The notes beneath the pieces are model-generated. The model was given only the letters and a program-made list of their open reading frames with translations, searched no databases and was not told the origin of the DNA. 64,000 nucleotides of DNA from Candidatus Latescibacterota bacterium (GTDB lineage Bacteria; Latescibacterota; UBA2968; UBA8231), in the NCBI GenBank assembly GCA_963422735.1, contig OY730476.1, forward strand, positions 4,352,001 through 4,416,000. Reading direction: 5' to 3'. A program made the translations under genes and the position numbers. This document shows positions 50,156 to 57,803 of this stretch, in pieces. The stretch's first letter is position 1. Each line of letters opens with the position of its first letter.

Positions 50156-50977
50156 ATGCTGCTTTTTGCTCTAGGCGCGATTGTGCTCGCCGCCTCTGCC
50201 GCGTGCGCGGACGTGAACATCAATGTCCCCTTATTGGAGGCGGCCCCGACTGTGGACGGCGACCTCGCCGAGTGGAAGGACCGCGCCCACAACGACGGCG
50301 TCTGGGACATGCGCCGCATCAGCGAGGCCCGCTTCTACCGCCTCGATCGCGGCGCGCGCAACCGCCTCACCGATCACGGCGGCGAGCCGCACCTTGAAGA
50401 CGACTTGAGTGCCCGCTACTACATTGCTTGGGACGCGCAAAACTTCTACTTAGGGGCCGAGGTCCGGGACAACGTCAACGATCTCGACGACCCCGATCCG
50501 GCGGACAAGCGCTGGTATTTCAAGGATGCGATTTGCTGGTTTATGGAAGGCCCGCGCGACCGGGCCAACGAGCGTTTCGGCCAAGGCGACAATGCCTTCT
50601 GCTTTGTGGCCGACCCACAGCGCACCCCGCAAAACGCTTGGTGGCGGCACGGCGCACCCGGCCAGAGTTACATTGAAGAGCCGATTCCCACAGCCGCTTG
50701 CGACTTTGTCGTACGCATGGATCCTTGGGGCCGGAGCGCGGCCGATTTCATCTTGGAGGCTCGCGTCGAAATGGCTCCGACGTTTGGTCAGAGCGACCCG
50801 CGCTGGCAGCCGCCGCAAGTGGGCGACGAATACAGCATGGAAATCGTCCACACCGATCCGGACGGCGGCGCGTATGGCGGCCACTTTATGATCTATGGCA
50901 ACGGCGACGACGACAATACGTGGGGCCGGATGATCTTGGTCGGCCCGCAGACGCCGATTGGGCGGCTCGCCGAGTAG
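50156..50977 (+). CDS. secreted CBM9/DOMON-like sugar-binding protein
   Basis: Signal peptide, PTVDGDLAEW and IAWDAQNFYLGAEVRD. GAGGAG RBS. Confidence 0.7.
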   Translation: MLLFALGAIVLAASAACADVNINVPLLEAAPTVDGDLAEWKDRAHNDGVWDMRRISEARFYRLDRGARNRLTDHGGEPHLEDDLSARYYIAWDAQNFYLGAEVRDNVNDLDDPDPADKRWYFKDAICWFMEGPRDRANERFGQGDNAFCFVADPQRTPQNAWWRHGAPGQSYIEEPIPTAACDFVVRMDPWGRSAADFILEARVEMAPTFGQSDPRWQPPQVGDEYSMEIVHTDPDGGAYGGHFMIYGNGDDDNTWGRMILVGPQTPIGRLAE

Positions 50978-51045
50978 GGCGTATTGCTTGAGCGGCCCGC
51001 AGGCGTCCGTAAACCGCACATTCAGCGACGAGAGAGGAGGGTGCT

Positions 51046-51597
51046 ATGCTAAGCCCCAACCCAGCCGTCAAGTTCACCTATGAGGACTACCAGCATACCC
51101 CGGAGGATAAGCGCTACGAGTTATTGGACGGAGAGCTGATTGTGGTCCCTGCGCCCAACCTAGAGCACCAGAGAATTGACGCTAGGCTAGGAGTACTACT
51201 CTACACATTCGTAGAGCAGAGAGGCTTGGGCGAGGTCTTTTTTGCGTCCTGCGATGTGGTGCTGTCGAACACGGACGTGGTACAGCCGGACCTACTGTTT
51301 GTCTCCAACGAGCGAGCGCACCTACTACTCGGCGGCGATAACGTCCTCGGTGCACCGGATTTGGTCGTCGAGATTTTGTCCCCGTCCACCGCTGGGCGAG
51401 ATCGGACGCTCAAACGCGCCCTGTACGCCAAGCACGGCGTGAAGGAGTACTGGCTGGTCGATCCAGACGCCCGGACGGTGACGGTTCTACGACTCGGCGG
51501 GAATGCCTTCGAGGTGGTAGCCATCTATGGCGAGGGACAAACGATGACCTCGCCCACGCTTACAGGTTTCGCCGTTGACTTAAACGCGATTTTCTAG
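51046..51597 (+). CDS. Uma2 family endonuclease
   Basis: RYELLDGEL, VVQPDL, APDLVVEILSPST and YAKHGVKEYWLVDP motifs. Confidence 0.93.
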   Translation: MLSPNPAVKFTYEDYQHTPEDKRYELLDGELIVVPAPNLEHQRIDARLGVLLYTFVEQRGLGEVFFASCDVVLSNTDVVQPDLLFVSNERAHLLLGGDNVLGAPDLVVEILSPSTAGRDRTLKRALYAKHGVKEYWLVDPDARTVTVLRLGGNAFEVVAIYGEGQTMTSPTLTGFAVDLNAIF

Positions 51598-51638
51598 AAT
51601 CCACCTCGTAAATGCTACCGACTGCATAGTAACAGCGA

Positions 51639-51661
51639 GCGACCACAAGGGTCGCCCCTAC
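51639..51661 (-). repeat. GTAG-family REP-like hairpin
   Basis: Minus strand GTAGGGGCGACCCTTGTGGTCGC, related to 40975-41000. Confidence 0.72.
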
Positions 51662-51722
51662 AGGGCTTCAAATCCAGTTCATTAAACGCGGTACGGATTC
51701 TTTATTTAACAAGGAGCAACAC

Positions 51723-53330
51723 ATGCGTAGAGTAGATCAGATCGGCTGGCAAGCCCAGAGCAAAACCGGCGTCATTGCAGCCGGTGGTGCCAGTGCCGTA
51801 GCCGCCGGCATTGAAATCCTCGGCCAAGGCGGCAATGCGGCCGATGCCACAGCCGGTGCGATCCTCGCGCTCAACGTCACCGACCACGGGGCCTGCTCCA
51901 TCGGCGGAGAAGTGCCGGTGCTCATCTGGGACGGGCGCGCGGTCAAGTCGCTGTCCGGCCAGGGGCGTGCGCCGCTGTCGCCGGAAGCCATTGCTTGGTA
52001 CATGGAGCACGGCATCCCGGACCACGACATCAAGATGGCCCCGGTGCCCTCGGTCGTGGATTTGTGCATTACCCTCTTGCAGCACTACGGCACGCAGAGC
52101 TTTGCCGACATTGTCGCTCCGACCTTGGCCCTGCTCGACGAAGGCGAGGAGGCGTGGCACTCCCGCTTGGCGCGGACGCTGCGGCGCATGGTGGAGGAAG
52201 AACTTCGCGCCATCGGCGAGCGCGAGGAGAAGCTGCAAGCGGCCTGTGATCACTTCTATGGCCGCCGCGCCGAGCACGGCGATATAGCCGAGGACCTAGA
52301 GGCGTTCTACGTGGAGCAGGGCGGATTCTTGCGCCGCGCGGATCTGGCCGCCCATAAGACCTTGATCGAAGAGCCGGTGGCAGTCGATTACCAAGGCTAC
52401 CAAGTGTACAAGTGCGGCCCTTGGACCCAAGGCCCCTATCTGTGCCAAGCCCTGCGCCTGCTCGAAGGGTTTGATCTCAAAAGCATGGGGCATTGCTCGG
52501 CCGACTACGTCCACGCGGTCGTCGAAGCCATCAAGCTGGCTATGGCCGACCGCGACGCACACTACGGAGACCCCCTGTTCGCGGATGTGCCCATGGACGC
52601 CCTGCTGTCCGACGACTATACCCGGCTCCGGCAGCCTCTGATCGACATGGGCCAAGCTGCGCTGGACGCTCGCCCCGGCGACCCGCTCGGCATGAAGGCA
52701 GCGCAGGAGAGAGGCGCGTTCCGGCCCGGAGTCGGCGGCACGACCACATGCGTAGTGGCCGATCGCTGGGGCATGGTCGTATCAGCTACGCCGAGCGCGA
52801 ATGTCTATCACGCCGGCGGCAGCGGCCGCACGGGCGTCTCCTATGGCAACCGCCTGCGCAGCCTCAACACGACTCCCGGACACCCCAACTGCATCGCGCC
52901 GGGCAAGCGGCCCCGCATCACCCTGACCCCCACGCTGGTGCTCAAAGACGGCGCACCCGTGTTGGCCATCAGCGTGGCCGGCGGCGACCTCCAAGACCAA
53001 GCGGCCTTGAACCTTTTGCTCGATTTTGTAGAGTTTGGGATGCGGCCGGCCGAAGCGGTCGTTGCGCCGCGCTTTGCCACCGCCCACCACGAGGACTCGT
53101 TTGACCCCAACCCGGTGCGCGAGCAGACGTTCATCGAGGCCGGCTCGCTGGCCATCAGCTCGGCTGTCGATGGGCAGGTCCGAGACGAACTGGCGCAGCG
53201 TGGGCACCAAATCGAGGTCCGCAACGGCCCCATCGCCACTCCGGTCATGCTGTGGGCCGACGCAGGCACGTACTACGCGGCTGGCGACCCGGCTGCGGGC
53301 CGCCATGCCGCTGGGCTAGATGGGGACTAG
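51723..53330 (+). CDS. gamma-glutamyltransferase family protein
   Basis: GGNAADA, AMADRDAHYGDP, GTTTCVVADRWG, IAPGKRPRITLTP and GGDLQDQ motifs. Confidence 0.9.
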   Translation: MRRVDQIGWQAQSKTGVIAAGGASAVAAGIEILGQGGNAADATAGAILALNVTDHGACSIGGEVPVLIWDGRAVKSLSGQGRAPLSPEAIAWYMEHGIPDHDIKMAPVPSVVDLCITLLQHYGTQSFADIVAPTLALLDEGEEAWHSRLARTLRRMVEEELRAIGEREEKLQAACDHFYGRRAEHGDIAEDLEAFYVEQGGFLRRADLAAHKTLIEEPVAVDYQGYQVYKCGPWTQGPYLCQALRLLEGFDLKSMGHCSADYVHAVVEAIKLAMADRDAHYGDPLFADVPMDALLSDDYTRLRQPLIDMGQAALDARPGDPLGMKAAQERGAFRPGVGGTTTCVVADRWGMVVSATPSANVYHAGGSGRTGVSYGNRLRSLNTTPGHPNCIAPGKRPRITLTPTLVLKDGAPVLAISVAGGDLQDQAALNLLLDFVEFGMRPAEAVVAPRFATAHHEDSFDPNPVREQTFIEAGSLAISSAVDGQVRDELAQRGHQIEVRNGPIATPVMLWADAGTYYAAGDPAAGRHAAGLDGD

Positions 53331-53414
53331 GCGGCAGGATTGCGGCTGCGGTGTCTTGGAACCATATTGTCCGCTTTGAATCCCGATAAAATCGCCTCTG
53401 AAGCTGGCTTTTTT

Positions 53415-55415
53415 ATGACGTCGCCTATTGCGGCCCCCCCTACATATCGAGAAGAGCATCCTCGCCAAGGCGCGGCCAGCGGCCTCACGCTCCGCTCCTT
53501 AGTGCTCGGCGTCATCCAAGTCCTCATCGTGTGTTTGGGCGCCCCCTACGCTATATGGGTCTTGGGGTCGTCCGAAATCACCTGGTCGTTTTTTCCGATT
53601 GCCGTTGGCTTCTCGTTCTGCTGCCTCATCCTGCTCAACATCCTGCTCAAGACGATCAACCCCGGCTGGGCCTTGCGGCCGGCCGAGATGATCACGGTCG
53701 TCGTTATGGGCTTGGTGACGACTGGCATTCCCATCTTTACGATGGGCTACGTGCTGTCGATCCCGACTACGCCCTATTACTTTGCCTCGGCTGAAAACCA
53801 GTGGGGCACGTACGTGCTGCCCTACCTGCCGGCGTGGCTGTTGCCTTCTAACGACGGCTTGGCCATGACTTGGTTCTTCGAGGGGCTACCCCTCGGTGAG
53901 CCGATGCCTTGGGGCACCCTGCTCGATGCGTGGGTCATGCCGCTGTTTTGGTGGCTGAGCTTTATATGGACCTTGTACGCGGTCTGTTTTTGTATAGTCG
54001 TCATATTGCGCAAGCAGTGGGTCGAACGCGAGCGGCTGGCCTATCCGCTGATGGAAGTGCCGCAAGCGCTCGTGGCGGACGCCGATGGCCCTGCGCGGGT
54101 GCCGGCTGTCTTGCGCAACAAGGTCTTTTGGATGGGGGCGGCGATCCCTTTGTGCATCGTCTTGTGGAACATCGTCGGCTTTTTCTTTCACTTCTTTCCC
54201 AAGATCGAATGGCACCATCCCATCCAGATCGCGCACGGCTTTCCCACGATCAACATCCGCTTCTACTTCCCGGTCGTCGGCTTCATGTATTTCGCCAACC
54301 TCAACGTAACCTTCAGCATCTGGTTTTTCTTTTTGCTGCTGCTGGTCGAAGAGGGCCTGTTTAATCGCTTTGGCATTGGCGTGACCGAAGCGGACAACTT
54401 CGTGTGGGGCCTGCCATCGACCTCTTGGCAGTGCTGGGGGGCTTTTGTGGTGCTGGTGTTGTGGGGGCTGTGGATGGCGCGCGATCATCTCAAAGATGTG
54501 GCGCGCAAGGCGTGGAATCCCGCCTATCCGGTTGATGACCGCCGCGAGCTGATATCCTATCGCAGCGCGGTCGTCGGCCTGTTGGTCGGGGTCGTCTATA
54601 TGCTGGCGTGGCTCAACAAGGCCGGCATGGAAATGCCGGTGGCGGCGTTTTTCTTGGGCGGCGTACTCATCGCCTACTTGGGCATCACCCGCTTGGTAGT
54701 GCAGGCCGGCGTCTTTTACCTGACGACGCCCGTGGTCAGCCAAGCCATGACTATGATGACCCTTGGCACGAGTGCGATTTCGCCGACTGGCTTGGCGGCC
54801 TTGGGGATGAGTTATGGGTTCTTCAGCGATGTGCAGTCGATTTTCATGCCGTCGGCTGCCCATGCCTCCCGGCTGCACGACGCCATGGGCATGAGCCGTC
54901 GCGGCCTGTGCTTGGCCATTGCGCTGGCCCTATTGGTCGGCTTTGTCGCCGCCATTGTGTACGTCATTGCCATGGCCTACGAGCAGGGGGCCTCCAACTT
55001 CAACTCCTGGTTTTTTCGCGTCTCCTCGGGCGCGGGGGTGCGCTCCTTTGACGACGCAATGAGCAAAATCAAAACCCCGGCCGATTTCCACGCGCAAAAG
55101 TTAGGCTTTTTCGGCATTGGCGCGGCGGCGATGGCGGTTTTGACGTTTATGCAGTATCGCTTCCCGTGGTGGCCCCTGCATCCGGTGGGCTTGGCCATCT
55201 CCGCCGTCTGGATGGTGCGCAATCAAGCGGCGGCGATCTTTGTAGCATGGGCGGCCAAGAGCCTGATCATGCGCTTTGGCGGCATCGAGCTATACCGCAA
55301 GGCCGCGCCGTTTTTCATCGGCCTGATTCTCGGGCACTTCTTCGGGGTGGGGATCTCGTTTATCGTCGATATGATTTTCTTCCCCGGCAACGGCCACCCC
55401 ATCCTCCACGGCTGA
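53415..55415 (+). CDS. DUF6785/DUF6784-like multipass membrane protein
   Basis: Many TM segments, ILRKQWVERERLAYPL, FPWWPLHPVG and PFFIGLILG motifs. Confidence 0.78.
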   Translation: MTSPIAAPPTYREEHPRQGAASGLTLRSLVLGVIQVLIVCLGAPYAIWVLGSSEITWSFFPIAVGFSFCCLILLNILLKTINPGWALRPAEMITVVVMGLVTTGIPIFTMGYVLSIPTTPYYFASAENQWGTYVLPYLPAWLLPSNDGLAMTWFFEGLPLGEPMPWGTLLDAWVMPLFWWLSFIWTLYAVCFCIVVILRKQWVERERLAYPLMEVPQALVADADGPARVPAVLRNKVFWMGAAIPLCIVLWNIVGFFFHFFPKIEWHHPIQIAHGFPTINIRFYFPVVGFMYFANLNVTFSIWFFFLLLLVEEGLFNRFGIGVTEADNFVWGLPSTSWQCWGAFVVLVLWGLWMARDHLKDVARKAWNPAYPVDDRRELISYRSAVVGLLVGVVYMLAWLNKAGMEMPVAAFFLGGVLIAYLGITRLVVQAGVFYLTTPVVSQAMTMMTLGTSAISPTGLAALGMSYGFFSDVQSIFMPSAAHASRLHDAMGMSRRGLCLAIALALLVGFVAAIVYVIAMAYEQGASNFNSWFFRVSSGAGVRSFDDAMSKIKTPADFHAQKLGFFGIGAAAMAVLTFMQYRFPWWPLHPVGLAISAVWMVRNQAAAIFVAWAAKSLIMRFGGIELYRKAAPFFIGLILGHFFGVGISFIVDMIFFPGNGHPILHG

Positions 55416-55456
55416 GGATTTTGGATTTAATGGGTTAATTTTTTAGATTCTACACT

Positions 55457-55831
55457 ATGACCACAGAGACAACCAAAAAGACCGACCAAACGCTCGAACT
55501 CGTCGTAGAGACCCTCGTCTGCGCACACCCCTTCGAGCAGATCGTTCTATTCGGCTCCCATGCTACGGGTCATAGCCAATGGGACAGTGATTTGGACTTA
55601 CTCGTAGTCTGGCAGACGAATTTGCCTCCGTTGGAGCGCGCCCTTGAAACGCGTCGCCTGCTCGAAGGCATTGACTGTCCCTTGGATATTGTCGTGTACA
55701 CACCCGCCGAATTGGACTATTGGAAAGAAGTTCCGTCTTCGTTTGCGTACCAAGTACTGGCCGAGGGCACCACCTTATATGAGCGAATCTCCGCAAAAAA
55801 TCCTAGTGGGGCAGTGGATCAGCCGGGCTGA
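55457..55831 (+). CDS. minimal nucleotidyltransferase (MNT) of an MNT-HEPN pair
   Basis: IVLFGSHATG...SDLDLLVV and DIVVYTPAE motifs. Confidence 0.88.
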   Translation: MTTETTKKTDQTLELVVETLVCAHPFEQIVLFGSHATGHSQWDSDLDLLVVWQTNLPPLERALETRRLLEGIDCPLDIVVYTPAELDYWKEVPSSFAYQVLAEGTTLYERISAKNPSGAVDQPG

Positions 55832-56274
55832 AAATGACCTGTTAAACGTCAGGAATAATCTGGTGGCCCAAGAAATACCTTGGGATACGATCTGTTTCCA
55901 CAGTCAACAGGCGGCCGAAAAGTACCTCAAAGCCGTTTTGGTGTTCTATGCTCAGCCGGTCCCTCGCACCCACGATCTAGAACATCTGCTGGGCATGGTC
56001 GTCCAGTGGATTCCCCAAGTCCAAGAGCAACGGGAGGCGTTGCGCTGTTGCCAGCCGTTACCTAGTCGAGACGGTCGAAATTGTGGATGAGCCTCAAGGT
56101 CGGCGTTCACTGGATATTGCCCAAGCCATTCGCCGGGATTGCCGCGCCTACCTGATGAAGTTGGAGCCAACGCTTTTTGACCAATCGACTGCTTCTGATG
56201 CGCCGCGCCCTTCTTCATCGGCCCGATTGCCGGCTACTTCCTCGGCGTTGGCCTTTCCTTCCTCGTGGATGTAG
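55779..56274 (+). pseudogene. HEPN domain protein, frameshifted near 56046
   Basis: WISRAENDL, CFHSQQAAEKYLKA and THDL motifs; VASRY...DIAQAIR continues in another frame. Confidence 0.8.
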
Positions 56275-56315
56275 CGTTTTTCCCCGGCAACGGCCATCCC
56301 ATCTTGCACGGCTGA
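56202..56315 (+). repeat. diverged duplicate of the last 114 nt of the membrane-protein gene (55302-55415)
   Basis: AAPFFIGPIAGYFLGVGLSFLVDVAFFPGNGHPILHG* versus AAPFFIGLILGHFFGVGISFIVDMIFFPGNGHPILHG*. Confidence 0.9.
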
Positions 56316-56316
56316 T

Positions 56317-57573
56317 TTACAGCAAATCGTACGGGATGACGAGTATCTCGTCGCGTAGCTGAAAAACCTCTTCTACGGGGGCAATTATAATTCCAGGTCC
56401 GTGGCGCAGAGTTGGATACGTCTCCCGGAAGGCCATAATGCCCCGCGCATCTGCTTTGGTAATGCGTGTGCCGCTTCTGATTTTCACCGGCCAGAAAATC
56501 CCATCTCGCTCCAGCAACAAATCGGCTTCGGCACCAGCGAGGGTGCGCCAGTGATAAACTTGGGGCGGCATGGTCAAGCAGTGGAATTTCCGGTGAATAT
56601 CCAGTACTACATGCGTCTCGAAAAGCGGCCCTAGCAGGGGATGGCCAGAGAGGGCTTCGGGCGAGGAAATTCTCTGGAGGAAGGCGGCTAACCCTGTGTC
56701 GGTCAGATATCCTTTGGGTTTGCCGCTGATCCGTTTGATTGTGTTGCCGTGGTAGGGCGGTAGTTCTAGCCATTGGTAGGTCGCCTTGAGGATATTCAGC
56801 CAGCGCGAGGCCGTCTGCGGGGTGACGCCGATTTCGCGGCCTAACTGACTGTGATTGATCTCCCGCGCCGTCAACGCAGCGCACAGGCTCAGCAGGCGCA
56901 AGAATTGTTGCTGGTCCTGCACGCTGGCTAGGCTTCGCACATCGCGCTCAATATAGGTACGCACGTACGATTGCATGATGCTGATAATAACATCCGGCGA
57001 TTGGTCCAGCGTCCGGGGATAGCCGCCGCGCCACAGCACCTCAAATGCGGTCCGCAGCGGTGCGATGTGCGGTACCCTCGCTTGGTGGTGCAAGTCCGGC
57101 AGCGCACCACCGGCCTGTAGTAAAAGCTCTAACCACACGGGTTCGGCTCGGGATCCCCACCCTTGGCGCTCACTCAGGGTCAAAGGGCCTAAATCGAGCA
57201 CGACGGCCCGGCCCGCAAGGCTCTCGCTTACATCGCGGAGCAGTGCTAGGTTTTGCGAACCGGTCAGAAAATACTGTCCGGGTGCATCGTTGCGATCGAC
57301 GCGGCGCTTGATAATTGCCAGCAGTTCGGGCGCGTACTGGATCTCGTCGAGAATAATAGGGGGCGGGTGCTGGTTGATAAAAAACTCCGGATCCTGACGG
57401 GCGTTGCCGACATCAATCACCGGGTCAAAGGTGATATGTGGCATGAGGGCACCGCACAGATGACCAAGCAGCGTACTCTTGCCAACTTGGCGAGCACCGG
57501 TCACTAGCAGGACGGGAAAAATTTCTTTATAGCGAAGAATTTTGGTCTCTAAGTGACGATTTCTGTAATTCAT
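56317..57573 (-). CDS. AAA_14 ATPase with a DUF4143 domain
   Basis: GARQVGKS, LDEIQYAP, LTGSQ, ESLAGR, GGYP, TYIERD, DTGL and YHWRT..GAEADL motifs. Confidence 0.92.
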   Translation of the reverse strand: MNYRNRHLETKILRYKEIFPVLLVTGARQVGKSTLLGHLCGALMPHITFDPVIDVGNARQDPEFFINQHPPPIILDEIQYAPELLAIIKRRVDRNDAPGQYFLTGSQNLALLRDVSESLAGRAVVLDLGPLTLSERQGWGSRAEPVWLELLLQAGGALPDLHHQARVPHIAPLRTAFEVLWRGGYPRTLDQSPDVIISIMQSYVRTYIERDVRSLASVQDQQQFLRLLSLCAALTAREINHSQLGREIGVTPQTASRWLNILKATYQWLELPPYHGNTIKRISGKPKGYLTDTGLAAFLQRISSPEALSGHPLLGPLFETHVVLDIHRKFHCLTMPPQVYHWRTLAGAEADLLLERDGIFWPVKIRSGTRITKADARGIMAFRETYPTLRHGPGIIIAPVEEVFQLRDEILVIPYDLL

Positions 57574-57610
57574 GCTTGTAAATTAATGATGTGATCATCA
57601 TTTTACAAGC
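57574..57610. promoter_or_regulatory. palindrome abutting the ATPase start codon
   Basis: GCTTGTAAA-TT-AATGATG-TGAT-CATCAT-TTTACAAGC. Confidence 0.5.
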
Positions 57611-57714
57611 TCGGTAGCCCCTTCGGCTTCCGCTTGGCTCGCCCACTTCACGGCCATAAGGCGGATGCGCGGAAGGATCGTTTGCTGAAGCTGCCAGCGG
57701 TACCATACTTATGC

Positions 57715-57767
57715 ACGGGTAACAATTATCATTGACGACGGTGTTAAAGAGGTAGTAATGCCGGAAA
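57715..57767 (+). promoter_or_regulatory. conserved upstream motif, ECF-sigma promoter-like (copy 1)
   Basis: ACGGGTAAC-N16-GGTGTTAAAG-N10-GCCGGAAA, repeated at 60484. Confidence 0.6.
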
Positions 57768-57803
57768 AGACCAAGCCTCCAGAAGTCTAGGGACAACAAG
57801 CAG

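Noticed and set aside
53886-54878. 330-aa antisense ORF
   Set aside because: It is a shadow of the membrane-protein gene.
57611-57803. possible riboswitch upstream of the CotH gene or TonB receptor
   Set aside because: No recognisable cobalamin, TPP or SAM consensus; the conserved blocks fit a promoter better. An Rfam scan would be decisive.
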